DNA of 38,377 nt from Armatimonadia bacterium (GCA_039683575.1 JBDKRC010000054.1:1-38377); one strand, 5' to 3'; shown: positions 1-9,703, counted from the stretch's first letter. The notes: generated from the letters alone by a model not told the origin. Numbers and translations: made by a program.

Positions 1-55
1 CTCCTTGTCCACGAAGGCTGGGGGGATTATAGCAGGCGGTGTGAGAGGGTGACAA
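1..55 (-). promoter_or_regulatory. sigma70-like promoter and RBS for a gene beginning just left of the window
   Basis: Minus strand reads TTGTCA (55-50), 18 nt, extended -10 TGcTATAAT (34-26); AAGGAG at 6-1. Confidence 0.6.
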
Positions 56-81
56 GAAGAGGAGGGTACAGCCGAGGGCGT

Positions 82-128
82 CCGGCATTGAAATGCCGGC
101 CTTAGTAATGAGCGTCCCTCCGGGACGC
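82..128. repeat. two adjacent palindromic hairpins (REP-like) downstream of the ABC operon
   Basis: ccggcatt-ga-aatgccgg (82-99) and gcgtccc-tcc-gggacgc (112-128). Confidence 0.5.
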
Positions 129-152
129 GAGAGAAGAGAGGCGAGAGGAGAG

Positions 153-1283
153 CTACAGTCGCTTGCGCATGAGGCCGATGCCGAGCGCCAGGAGTGCTAG
201 CGCCAGGAGCGTGAGGGCCAGCATTTGCGGCCAGAGTATGCTTACGCCTACCCCCCGGAGGAAGAGGCCGCGGACGATTTCGAGAAAGTAACGGGCGGGG
301 ATCCCGTATGTCAGCGCACCGATCACCGGCGGCATGTTGGCGATGGGGAACATGAAACCGGACAGCAGTACGGACGGCATGATGACCAGGAAGACGAGAA
401 TCTGCGCTTCCTGCTGGGTGCGGGACAGTACCGAGACGAGGAGCCCCAGGCCGAGACAGGCGACGAGGAATACGGCGGCCATGGAGAACAGCAGCACGAA
501 GCTACCACGGAAGGGAACGTGGAACCAGCCGAGGGCAAAGAGGACGACGAGGACGGACTCGAGCATGCCGATTACACCCATCGGGATCATTTTGCCCAAG
601 AGGAGTTCGCTGGTGCGCAGCGGAGTGACCAGCAGTTGCTCAAGCGTGCCGGCTTCGCGTTCGCGGACGATGGCGAGGCCGGAGAGGTTGATGGTCACGA
701 CCAGCACGATCATGCCGAAGACGCCGGGGACCATGTAGTTGACGCTTTTGAGGTCCACGTTGTACCAGACGCGCTGTTGCGCCTGGAGCTGCGGAACGGA
801 AGTGCCAAAGGTGCCGTCGGCGCGGGCGAGGCGCTGCTGCCAGCGCAGACCGCGCTCCTGCAAAAGGCGCACAAAGTAGGAGGTGGCGAGGCCGGCGGTA
901 TTGGCGTCGCTGCCGTCAACGTACAGGCCAAGCTCGGCACCATCGCCCGTTTTGAGGCGCGTCATGAAATCATCCGGAATGAGCAGGGCGAGTTCCGCCG
1001 TGCCACGCAAGAGCAAGGCGGAGAGCAGGCGCGGATCGTCGGGCAGTGCCGCGACCCGGAAATAGTGACTGTGATCGATCTCGGTGATCAACTGGCGGCT
1101 GTCGGGACTGCGGTCCAGATCGCAGATGGCGACGGAGACGTCGCGGACGTCAGTGGTCGCGCCATAGCCAAAGAGGATAAGCTGGATCAGCGGAGCCAAC
1201 AACACCAGCCGCAGCACCGCGGGATCACGGCGAATCCGCAGGAACTCCTTCTTGATGATATAGCGCAGGCGAGAGAGGTTCAT
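153..1283 (-). CDS. ABC-2 type exporter permease (YbhR-like)
   Basis: KEFLRIRRD start, VDGSDANTA, WYN..L.S.NYMVPG, IVREREAGTLEQLLVTP, LSGFMFPI motifs; multiple TM segments. Confidence 0.92.
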   Translation of the reverse strand: MNLSRLRYIIKKEFLRIRRDPAVLRLVLLAPLIQLILFGYGATTDVRDVSVAICDLDRSPDSRQLITEIDHSHYFRVAALPDDPRLLSALLLRGTAELALLIPDDFMTRLKTGDGAELGLYVDGSDANTAGLATSYFVRLLQERGLRWQQRLARADGTFGTSVPQLQAQQRVWYNVDLKSVNYMVPGVFGMIVLVVTINLSGLAIVREREAGTLEQLLVTPLRTSELLLGKMIPMGVIGMLESVLVVLFALGWFHVPFRGSFVLLFSMAAVFLVACLGLGLLVSVLSRTQQEAQILVFLVIMPSVLLSGFMFPIANMPPVIGALTYGIPARYFLEIVRGLFLRGVGVSILWPQMLALTLLALALLALGIGLMRKRL

Positions 1284-1293
1284 GGTTATCAGC

Positions 1294-2415
1294 CTAGAGG
1301 CGCTTTTTGAAACGTTTGGCGGCCAGCGTTACGAGCACGAACGCAAAGAGCGCCAGGATGAGTACCTGTGGCCAGAGAACTGCCAGGCCGCCAGCTTTGA
1401 GGTAGATCGAGCGGATGATGATCAGGAAGTGTGTAGGCGGGAGGAACTGCGACACGATCCGAAGCGGCAGCGGCATGCTGCGGATCGGGAAGACGAAGCC
1501 GGAGAGCAGGATCGTGGGCAGGAGAGTCGACAGCATGGCGACCAGGATTGCGAGCTGCTGCGTGCGGGCGACAGTCGAGAAGAGGATTCCCGTGGCGAGG
1601 GAGGCCAGCAGATAGAGGAAGCTCACCCCCAGAAGAAGGGCAACGCTGCCGACCGGCACGACATGGAAGACGAGGACACCGGTAAGCACTGACAGGAGCA
1701 CATCAACGAAAGCGATGGCCACGTACGGTAGGATCTTGCCGATCATAATGTTGGGCGCTTGCACCGGAGAGGTTACGAGCGTCTCGAAGCTGCCCCACTC
1801 GCGCTCGCGAACGATGGCGGTCGAGGTGAGAAGGGCGGACAGGATCGCGACCAGGATGGCGATGAGGCCGGGCACGATGAAGCTGCTGCTGCTCAGGCCG
1901 GGGTTGTAGAGGATGGTGGAGTGGACGGTAAGCGGCTGAGGCGGAGAGATGCCCTGGCGGCGCGCGTAGTCGGCGATCAGCGTCTGGGAGTAGCGAGCAA
2001 GGGCGGCGTCAATGTAGCCTTGCGCGGCGCTGGCGCGGGTGGTCTCGACGCCATTGATGAGGACTTGCACATCTGCGGGGCGGCCAGCGCCGAGGGCGCC
2101 CTGAAGGTTGGGCGGCAGCACGAGCACGAACACCACCCGATTGCCGTCGAGCAAGTCCCTCACCCGCCGGTCGTCCGTGATGACTTCTGTTAGCTTGAAA
2201 TAGCCGCTCTGAATGAAGCTCTGGATGATGTCGCGAGAAACCTCGCTGTCGTCGAGGTCATATACGGCGAAGGTGATGTCGCGCAGATCGTAGTTGATCC
2301 CGTAGCCGTAGAGGAGCAGCAGGAGGACGGGCAGGGCGAGAATGACAAAGAGGCTGCGTGGATCGCGCAGGTTGTGAATCCATTCGGCACGGGCGACGGC
2401 GAGGGTGCGGCGCAT
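1294..2415 (-). CDS. ABC-2 type exporter permease (YbhS-like)
   Basis: RDPRSL, YNPGLSS..FIVPG, IVREREWGSFETLVTSP, LSGFVFPI motifs; paralog of the adjacent permease. Confidence 0.92.
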   Translation of the reverse strand: MRRTLAVARAEWIHNLRDPRSLFVILALPVLLLLLYGYGINYDLRDITFAVYDLDDSEVSRDIIQSFIQSGYFKLTEVITDDRRVRDLLDGNRVVFVLVLPPNLQGALGAGRPADVQVLINGVETTRASAAQGYIDAALARYSQTLIADYARRQGISPPQPLTVHSTILYNPGLSSSSFIVPGLIAILVAILSALLTSTAIVREREWGSFETLVTSPVQAPNIMIGKILPYVAIAFVDVLLSVLTGVLVFHVVPVGSVALLLGVSFLYLLASLATGILFSTVARTQQLAILVAMLSTLLPTILLSGFVFPIRSMPLPLRIVSQFLPPTHFLIIIRSIYLKAGGLAVLWPQVLILALFAFVLVTLAAKRFKKRL

Positions 2416-3368
2416 CAGCCCTTCCTCCCCGCGCGGTCGGCAGGCTCATGACGGCGGGCGAGGGAGACGAAGACGTCCTCCATCGTTGGCAGGACTCGCT
2501 CGACCTGCTCGACCTGAACGCCAGCCCGCTCAAGTGCAATACGCACGGTCGCCTCGGGATCCGCAATGTCCTCGTGCACCTCCGCATGCATTGCATCCCC
2601 GAAAAGCGCGGCCTCCACGACCTCGGGCGCATGCTCAAGCGCTTCCAGAGCGTTCCAGAGGGGCGTGGCCCGCACCTCGACCATGTTGCGCACGATGTCC
2701 TGGCGCAACTGCGCCGGCGCGCCTTCGACAATGAGATCGCCATAGTGCATCATCGCGAGCCGGGTGCAGTGCTCTGCCTCGTCCATGACATGGGTGGTGA
2801 CGAAGATGGTGGCGCCGTCGTTGGCGAGGTCGTCGATGACCTCCCAGAACAGGCGACGGGTGATGGGGTCAACACCGCTCGTTGGCTCGTCGAGAAAGAG
2901 CAACGGCGGCTTGTGAATGATGGTTGTGGCGAGGGCGAGGCGCTGACGCCAGCCGGTGGAGAGGGTGCCGGTGAAGCGGTCCAGCACCACGCCGAGTTCG
3001 AGGCGCTCCGAGAGATACGACAGACGCTCGACGATGAGGGCGCGGGGGACCGCGTACATTCCTCCGTAGAACTCGATGTTCTCAGCGACCGTAAGGTCCT
3101 GGTAAAGGGAGAAGAGTTGGGGCATGTAGCCCATGTTCGCCTTGATCTTCTCGGGCTCACGACGGACGTCGAAACCGGCCACGGTGGCGGTGCCGGAGGT
3201 TGGCAGGAGCAGGCCACAGAGCATGCGGATGGTCGTGGACTTGCCCGAGCCGTTGGGGCCGAGGAAGCCGAAGACCTCGCCCTGTGCCACGTTGAAGCTC
3301 ACGCCGTTGACCGCCGTGAAAGTACCGAACTTCTTTACCAGTTTATCCACGGCTACTGCGGTGGGCAT
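2415..3368 (-). CDS. ABC transporter ATP-binding protein
   Basis: Walker A GPNGSGKST, signature LSTGWRQR, Walker B LLFLDEPTSG, H-loop TTH. Confidence 0.95.
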   Translation of the reverse strand: MPTAVAVDKLVKKFGTFTAVNGVSFNVAQGEVFGFLGPNGSGKSTTIRMLCGLLLPTSGTATVAGFDVRREPEKIKANMGYMPQLFSLYQDLTVAENIEFYGGMYAVPRALIVERLSYLSERLELGVVLDRFTGTLSTGWRQRLALATTIIHKPPLLFLDEPTSGVDPITRRLFWEVIDDLANDGATIFVTTHVMDEAEHCTRLAMMHYGDLIVEGAPAQLRQDIVRNMVEVRATPLWNALEALEHAPEVVEAALFGDAMHAEVHEDIADPEATVRIALERAGVQVEQVERVLPTMEDVFVSLARRHEPADRAGRKG

Positions 3369-3370
3369 AG

Positions 3371-4309
3371 TCAGGCCGTCAGTTCGGTTTGTCCCTCAAG
3401 AGTAAGCGCCATAAAGACGTCCTCGAGAGATGGTTCGACAGTCGAGACCTCCTCGCATTCGACGCCGGCCGCTTTCAGGGCTGGTTTGAGGGCGTCCGAC
3501 GTGGTTCCGGGACGAAGGGCGATGTGAAGACGGTCACCGAAAACTTCGACGGAAGCGACGCCCGGCTCGTGTTGCAGCGCCGTGCGGGCTTCGCGCTGGG
3601 GTCGGCAGCGAACCTCGATCATCTGGTAGGGCAGGCGGCTGCGGAGGGCCTGGGGCGTGTCTACGGCGAGTAGCCTGCCCTCGGACATGAAGGCAAGCTT
3701 GCTGCACCGGGCGGCTTCGTCCATGTACGGCGTGCTGATGAGGATGGTGACGCCCTGCCGTGGGAGGTCGTAGAGGATCTTCCAGAAGTCGCGCCGCGAG
3801 ACGGGGTCTACACCGGTGGTGGGCTCGTCGAGCAGCAGGACCCGGGGGCGATGGATCAGAGAGCAAACGAGGGCGAGCTTCTGGCGCATGCCGCCGGAGA
3901 GGCGGCCGGCAAGACGCTTGCGAAAGGGCGTGAGGTAGGTGATGTCGAGCAGTTCGTCAGCCCGCGCCCTCCACTCGGCGTGCGGCACCATGTACAGGTC
4001 CGCCATGTAGCGGATGTTCTCGTCGATGGTTAGGTCACGGTGGAGACTGAACTGCTGGGGAAGGTAACCGAGGTGCTGCTTGACCGCTTCGGGGTCGGTA
4101 GTGACTTCAGCACCGCCGACCACGGCGTGTCCGCCGTCGGCGGGGAGAATGCCGCAGAGCATGCGGAAGCTGGTGGTTTTGCCCGCGCCATCGGGGCCGA
4201 CGAGACCGGCGATCTGCCCCACCTCGACCTGTAGTGTCAGGTCCTCACATGCCACCACGTTGCCGAAGCTCTTGCGCAAGCCCGAGATATCCAGGGCGAG
4301 GTCAGGCAT
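3371..4309 (-). CDS. ABC transporter ATP-binding protein
   Basis: Walker A GPDGAGKTT, LSGGMRQK, LLLDEPTTG, STPYMDEA (typical of the first YbhF-like domain). Confidence 0.95.
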   Translation of the reverse strand: MPDLALDISGLRKSFGNVVACEDLTLQVEVGQIAGLVGPDGAGKTTSFRMLCGILPADGGHAVVGGAEVTTDPEAVKQHLGYLPQQFSLHRDLTIDENIRYMADLYMVPHAEWRARADELLDITYLTPFRKRLAGRLSGGMRQKLALVCSLIHRPRVLLLDEPTTGVDPVSRRDFWKILYDLPRQGVTILISTPYMDEAARCSKLAFMSEGRLLAVDTPQALRSRLPYQMIEVRCRPQREARTALQHEPGVASVEVFGDRLHIALRPGTTSDALKPALKAAGVECEEVSTVEPSLEDVFMALTLEGQTELTA

Positions 4310-5945
4310 GGGGCCGCACCGGCTGGAGCGCCTGTTTTTCGGGAGCGGCCTGGATTACCGCGTCGGCAGGCATTCCTGGCTTCAGCAAGCCCTGCTCATT
4401 GGATACGGCGATCTCTACGGCGAATACTGTGCGGGTGCGCTCTTCGTAGGTCTGGACGAACTTGGGTGTGAATTCGGCTTGCTGAGCAATTCTGCGGATC
4501 GTGCCACTGAAGTTGCGGTCTGGCAAGCCGTCCACGGTCACGGTTGCCGATTGCCCGATGACGAGGCGCGATAGCATTGGTTCCGGCACGTAGACCGTGA
4601 CCCAGGTGTCGGTGAAGTCAACCATGGTCGCGATGGAGGACCCGGGTTTGACTATCTCGCCCACTCTCAGGTGAGTGTCGTCGATCATGCCAGAAGAGGA
4701 GGCGGTCAGGCGGAACTTGTCGAGACTGGCACGAGCCGCGGCAACGGCAGCCTCTGCCTGGACAACCTGAGCTCGCGCGGTCTGGGCCTCTGCGATGCGG
4801 ACGGGGACTTGCTTTTCGTTTTCGCGAGCCTGGCGCAAGGTGGCGCGGGCCTCGGTAACTTGTCGTCGCGAAGTCTCACGCTCGCCCGGACGGGCGCCAG
4901 CGAGAGCGAGACGCAGGTTGGCCTCCGCGGCTTCGTTTGCGCCTTCGGCCTGACGCAGGGCTGCGGCAGCACGGTCTATCTCTTCGCGACGCGGCCCCTG
5001 ACGGGCCAGGGAGAGGGCTTCCTGCGCCGAACGCTGCTGGGCGACGGCGCGCTGTAACTGGCCGCGAGCGGCGGCTATCTGGTCGGTACGAGTCCCGGCG
5101 CGCAGCAGGGCGAGTTGCTCGCGCGCGGCCTTCAGGTCCGACTGGGCAGACTCGTTGGCGGCGCGTAGCGCATCCATCTGACTGGGAGGAATCGCTCCCT
5201 GGCTAACAAGGCCTTCGCCACGGCGGTAGTCCTTGGCAGCCTTCTCGGCGGCGGCTTCGGCCCGGTTGACCTGGGCGCCCATCGCCTCGAGTTCCTGGGG
5301 GCGCGCGCCAGCCTCAAGGTCAGCCAGCGTGGAGCGGGCACTCGCGACCTGGGCGGTCGCGGCCTCGTAGGCGTCTTCGGCCTGCCGTACCTCCTCGGGC
5401 CGCAGGCCAGCCTGTAGTTCGCGTAGCTGCTCTTTCGCGGCATCACGCGCCCCGGCGGCCTGACGGACGGCGGCCTGCGCAGCCTCGATTTCCTGTTTAC
5501 GCGAGCCGGCGGCGACGTCCGCTTCGCGCGCCGCAGCAGTGCCCACGCCAGCGGCGGCCTTCTCAATCTCCCCCGCAGACACGCCCTGCTGCAGACGCAC
5601 GGCGGCGTCGGCGCGTGTGGCCTGGTCCCGCGCTGTCACCAGCGCGGCCTCGGTGCGACGGAGCTCGGCGGCGCTTGTTTCGCTGGCGATGGTCGCTATG
5701 AGCTGCCCCGCGCGCACGGGCTGGCCCTTGTCGATAGGACGCTCGATGATCATGCCGGAGACTTCAGAGGAGAGCTCAATGGTTCGCGCTTCGACCAGAC
5801 CACTGGCGCGAATGCTGTCGCGAGCTGAGGCGTCATTGCCGCGCAAGAGGAAATACAGGGCCAGGGCCAGCAGCGCCACAAGCAGGAGCGGTATAGCAAT
5901 CCTGAGCGGCTTGCGCGAACGAGACGGCGGCGGGGCTTGAGCCAT
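4302..5945 (-). CDS. HlyD-family membrane fusion/adaptor protein (YbhG-like) with a very long alpha-hairpin
   Basis: N-terminal TM anchor, lipoyl-like halves, AEFTPKFVQT..ER...VF and LKPGMPAD C-terminal motifs. Confidence 0.9.
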   Translation of the reverse strand: MAQAPPPSRSRKPLRIAIPLLLVALLALALYFLLRGNDASARDSIRASGLVEARTIELSSEVSGMIIERPIDKGQPVRAGQLIATIASETSAAELRRTEAALVTARDQATRADAAVRLQQGVSAGEIEKAAAGVGTAAAREADVAAGSRKQEIEAAQAAVRQAAGARDAAKEQLRELQAGLRPEEVRQAEDAYEAATAQVASARSTLADLEAGARPQELEAMGAQVNRAEAAAEKAAKDYRRGEGLVSQGAIPPSQMDALRAANESAQSDLKAAREQLALLRAGTRTDQIAAARGQLQRAVAQQRSAQEALSLARQGPRREEIDRAAAALRQAEGANEAAEANLRLALAGARPGERETSRRQVTEARATLRQARENEKQVPVRIAEAQTARAQVVQAEAAVAAARASLDKFRLTASSSGMIDDTHLRVGEIVKPGSSIATMVDFTDTWVTVYVPEPMLSRLVIGQSATVTVDGLPDRNFSGTIRRIAQQAEFTPKFVQTYEERTRTVFAVEIAVSNEQGLLKPGMPADAVIQAAPEKQALQPVRPHA

Positions 5946-5980
5946 CGCACACTCCCGGGGAGGATTCGGCGGAAGACGCG

Positions 5981-7765
5981 CTACAGAAGGTCCTCGAAAT
6001 CTTCGTCATCAGCGAGGCCGACCTGAATCTCGGTCTCGTCGTCGGCTTCGACGGGCTCTTCCTCTTCGGGAGCTTCCTCGCCCACCGGCATGATGACCGG
6101 AAGGACCATCGGACGGCGCTCGGTGAGCTCATAGAGCAACTTGCCAACCGCTGATTTGACACGATCATAGAGGGCGTCCGGTTCGCCGCCTCCCTCTTCG
6201 TGGAAGGCGGTAACGGTCTGTAAAATCCGTTCTTTGGCCTGGTCGATCAGTTCCACTGACTCGTCCATGTATACGAAGCCGCGAGAGTAGATCTCTGGCG
6301 GGGCGAGGAGTTGGCAGGTGTCACGCTCGATTACCAGTACCGGCAGGAAGATGCCCTCGCTCGCCAGGATCTGCCGGTCGTTGATCACCACGTCGCCGAC
6401 ATCACCAACGCCGAGCCCATCCACGTTAACCGAGCCGGCCGGGACGTTCGGTCCGCGGTAGGCTTTCTCATTGCGGAACTCCACGGTGGCGCCGGGCCTG
6501 AGGATGAACACGCGGTCGCGGCTGATACCCATCTCGCAGGCGAGGTCGGCATACAGTACGAGATGGCGTTGGTCGCCATGGACGGGAATCGCGAATTGGG
6601 GCTTGGTCAGAGAGAGCATCAGCTTCAGCTCTTCGCGGTACGCGTGTCCGGAAACATGCACTCCGGAGTCGCTGCCGTAGATGACGCGGGCGCCCTCGGC
6701 AAAGAGGCGGTTGATGGTGCGCCAGATCAGGGACTCGTTGCCCGGAATGGGGCTGGCGCTCATGACGACGGTGTCGCCTTCCTGAATGCGCACGTGGCGG
6801 TGACTGCCACGGGACATGCGCGAGAGCGCCGACAGAGGCTCGCCCTGGCTACCGGTAGTGACCACGGTCACCCGCTCCGGTGGTAGATCGTCAATGTCGC
6901 GGATGTCGATGAGGGCGCCTTCGGGCGCATTGAGATAGCCAAGGCGCTGCGCGGTCGCCGAGATGCGTTCCATGCTGCGGCCAGTAATGGCGACGTGGCG
7001 CCCACAGGCCAGAGACTGGTCAATGACTTGCTGCACCCGGCCCACGTTTGAGGCGAAGGTGGTGACAATAATGCGGCCAGGAGCATCGCGGAAGACGCGG
7101 CGCAGGGTCTCCCCGACGACTGCTTCGGAGGGGCAGTAGCCGCGACGCTCCACATTGGTGCAGTCAGAGAGGAGGCATACCACGCCTTCTATGCCCAGCT
7201 CGGCCAGACGACCAAAATCCGGACCGGGGCAGCCGATAGGCGTTTGGTCAAATTTGAAGTCGCCAGTGTGGAAGATGGTCCCCGCCACCGTTCTGATCGC
7301 GAGGCCCATGCCATCGGGGATGCTGTGGCTGACGCGCACGAGTTCGAGATCGAAATCGCCGACGGTAAAGCGTTCGCCGGGCGCGACCTCAATCAGTTCA
7401 TAGCCGTCGGCGGGGTGATATTCAGCGAGTTTAGCTTCGAGCAGGCCCAGGGTGAGCGCGGTGCCGTAGACTTTGAGGGGCAGTTCCTCGAGAAGGTACG
7501 GGAGGCCGCCGATGTGATCCTCATGTCCATGCGTGAGGACGACGCCAGCCATCTTTTCGGCGTTCTCCATCACGTATGTGAAGTCGGGGAGAATGACATC
7601 TACGCCCGGATGCTCTTCATCCGGGAACATGAGGCCGCAGTCCACCGCGATCATCGAGTCACGCTGCGCGATCAGCGTCATGTTCTTGCCGATGTCGCCC
7701 ATCCCGCCGAGGGAGATCACGCGTACAGCATCATCGAAAATCATTTCAGTCACAGCAATCACCAC
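5981..7765 (-). CDS. rnj: ribonuclease J (start uncertain: 7765, 7753 or 7744)
   Basis: LGGMGDIGKNM, THGHEDHIG, HTGDFKFD, GSQGEP, HVSGH, PVHG, RRPMVLP motifs. Confidence 0.95.
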   Translation of the reverse strand: MVIAVTEMIFDDAVRVISLGGMGDIGKNMTLIAQRDSMIAVDCGLMFPDEEHPGVDVILPDFTYVMENAEKMAGVVLTHGHEDHIGGLPYLLEELPLKVYGTALTLGLLEAKLAEYHPADGYELIEVAPGERFTVGDFDLELVRVSHSIPDGMGLAIRTVAGTIFHTGDFKFDQTPIGCPGPDFGRLAELGIEGVVCLLSDCTNVERRGYCPSEAVVGETLRRVFRDAPGRIIVTTFASNVGRVQQVIDQSLACGRHVAITGRSMERISATAQRLGYLNAPEGALIDIRDIDDLPPERVTVVTTGSQGEPLSALSRMSRGSHRHVRIQEGDTVVMSASPIPGNESLIWRTINRLFAEGARVIYGSDSGVHVSGHAYREELKLMLSLTKPQFAIPVHGDQRHLVLYADLACEMGISRDRVFILRPGATVEFRNEKAYRGPNVPAGSVNVDGLGVGDVGDVVINDRQILASEGIFLPVLVIERDTCQLLAPPEIYSRGFVYMDESVELIDQAKERILQTVTAFHEEGGGEPDALYDRVKSAVGKLLYELTERRPMVLPVIMPVGEEAPEEEEPVEADDETEIQVGLADDEDFEDLL

Positions 7766-7896
7766 ATCCGCAGAAGGTCAAGGGGCAAAGACGTTTGGGG
7801 CTGGCTGCCTTCCGCTTCTTCCAGTTGATCTACCGCTAGTCTTTGAGTCTCGTCAGAGAAGTCTTGTTCAGTCACAATTCATTCCTGCAGGAATCA

Positions 7897-8463
7897 TCAT
7901 TCCTGCAGCATACTGCGCAGGCGCTCCATGTCCTCGACGAGCACAGGCTGCAGGCTGGGTTGGTGCAGGGCCGCGGCCGGATGGTAGAGGGGGACGTAGA
8001 TAATCCCGTCCTGCTCGTGTGGCACGCCGTGGATCCTGCCGATGGACACAGGGGCGTCCAGCACTACCTGGGCAGCGGCGCGTCCGAGCAGGCAGATGAT
8101 TCTGGGGTTGATCAGAGCGATCTGTGTCTCGAGGTAAGGACGGCAAGCCGCTGCTTCATCAGGCGTGGGGGCGCGATTGCCCGGGGGACGGCACTTCACG
8201 ATGTTCGTGATGAAGACATCCGGGCGTCGCAGACCGGCGCGGAGCAGAAGCTGGTTGAGGAGTTTGCCGGCCGCTCCCACGAAAGGACGCCCGGTACGGT
8301 CTTCCTGCTCTCCCGGCCCCTCACCAATGAGCATGAGGCGCGCATCTGGCGGCCCCTCACCCGGAACCGTCAGCGTGCGCGTCATCCCAAGGCCACACCG
8401 CTGGCAGATGGCGACGTCCTCCGCCACCTCCTGCAGCAGACACGTGACCTGCTCGATGCTCAC
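7897..8463 (-). CDS. uracil-DNA glycosylase family 4 (4Fe-4S)
   Basis: CQRC, GEGPGEQED, GRPFVGAAG, NIVKCRPPGNR, YHPAA motifs; GTG start with RBS. Confidence 0.93.
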   Translation of the reverse strand: MSIEQVTCLLQEVAEDVAICQRCGLGMTRTLTVPGEGPPDARLMLIGEGPGEQEDRTGRPFVGAAGKLLNQLLLRAGLRRPDVFITNIVKCRPPGNRAPTPDEAAACRPYLETQIALINPRIICLLGRAAAQVVLDAPVSIGRIHGVPHEQDGIIYVPLYHPAAALHQPSLQPVLVEDMERLRSMLQE

Positions 8464-8494
8464 TAGCCCCTCCTGCTGCCGCGTGCGCGCGGAC

Positions 8495-9382
8495 CTAGAT
8501 CAGCCCCAACTCCTGGCAGGCCTTACGCATAGCCGCGGTGTCGGCTTCATTGGCCTCGACGAGCGGCAGACGCAAGCCGCCGGCGGGAACGCCGATGATC
8601 TCGAGACCGCGCTTAACACACGCGGGATTGCCAGAGGCGAGGAAGCAGGCCTTGTAGATGCCGAGCAGCGACTGGTGCAGCCGAGCCGCCTCTGTCACCT
8701 GGCCTGCGTCGAAGGCTGCGATCATGGCTGCGATCTGCTTGCCAGCGAGATGGGAAGCGACACTGATCACGCCGTAGCAGCCGACGGACAGCATCGGAAG
8801 AGTAAGCAGATCTTCGCCCGAATAGACGATGAAATCATCCGGCTTGCCAGCGCAGATTGCGCTGATCTGCTCGAAGTCGCCGCCGGCTTCCTTGAGGGCG
8901 ACCACATTATCCAGTTCCTCGGCGAGGCGCAGGACAGTCGAGGCCTCGATATTCTTGCTGGTCCGGCCCGGAACGTTGTAGAGCACAACCGGCAGGTCCG
9001 TCACCTGGGCGATGGCCTTGAAGTGCTGGTAGAAGCCTTCCTGTGAGGGCTTGTTGTAATACGGTCCGGTGAGCATGACGCCATCTAGACCCATGCCATT
9101 GACGGCTTTGGTGATCTCGATGCTGTCGGCAGTGTTGTTGCTGCCGGTTCCGGCGATGATCGTCGCGGCTTCGCCGACCGTGTCTTTGACAGCCTTGAAC
9201 AACTCCAGCTTCTCGGGCTTCGTGAGGGTTGGCGCCTCACCGGTGGTCCCTGCTACTACGATGCCGTCTGAACCGTTCTCGACGAGATGCGCTGCCACAC
9301 GGGCAGCCTGATCCAAATCCAACCGCAGGTCAGCATCGAAGGGGGTGACCATAGCGGTGAGCACTTTTCCGAGTTGGGGCAT
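8495..9382 (-). CDS. dapA: 4-hydroxy-tetrahydrodipicolinate synthase
   Basis: TAMVTPF, GTTGEAPTL, PYYNKPSQEG, LYNVPGRT, LKEA; start placed at ATG 9382 behind AAGGAGGA RBS. Confidence 0.92.
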   Translation of the reverse strand: MPQLGKVLTAMVTPFDADLRLDLDQAARVAAHLVENGSDGIVVAGTTGEAPTLTKPEKLELFKAVKDTVGEAATIIAGTGSNNTADSIEITKAVNGMGLDGVMLTGPYYNKPSQEGFYQHFKAIAQVTDLPVVLYNVPGRTSKNIEASTVLRLAEELDNVVALKEAGGDFEQISAICAGKPDDFIVYSGEDLLTLPMLSVGCYGVISVASHLAGKQIAAMIAAFDAGQVTEAARLHQSLLGIYKACFLASGNPACVKRGLEIIGVPAGGLRLPLVEANEADTAAMRKACQELGLI

Positions 9383-9546
9383 TAGTCCGTTCCTCCTTGG
9401 CGGTCCGGCTGACGCCGGATCATCCCTGTCGCGCAGGCGCACGAAAGGGAGTGAATACGAATTCGCCGCGGACGGCGAACTGACCTTCAGGCTGACAATA
9501 TTGGTTTCGGTGGGGGTGGACGATCGGGGAGCCAGTAAAGATGACG

Positions 9547-9577
9547 ACGCCGCCCCGATGCAGCCGGGCGGCGTTTT
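9547..9577. terminator. GC-rich hairpin, possible terminator between the histone-like gene and dapA
   Basis: acgccgccc...gggcggcgt stem; T-run on plus strand, only a weak tail on minus strand. Confidence 0.4.
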
Positions 9578-9703
9578 CATGAATCAACTACTGAGCAAGG
9601 TTTGGCCCCACGCTTTCGCCGTCGACATCAGCATCCTGCAACGGACGCTTTGCCTCCCTGAGACCCTGGGCCTCCAGGTCTCGCGGTGGCGTCTAACCTG
9701 GCG

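Noticed and set aside
7879-7908. Short duplication cattcctgcag and palindrome attcctgcaggaat at the udg 3' end as an insertion scar
   Set aside because: Only 11-14 bp with no mobile element nearby; not distinguishable from a chance or local slippage event
9383-9580. N-terminal extensions in the ORF track (dapA here; also xylB, glycerate kinase, ribF, leuB, moxR, flippase)
   Set aside because: Downstream starts match family N-termini and mostly have a better RBS; the extensions run through hairpins or neighbouring genes
9383-9703. Lysine riboswitch upstream of dapA
   Set aside because: Could not find the conserved AGAGGNGC opening, loop-E or closing elements on the coding strand
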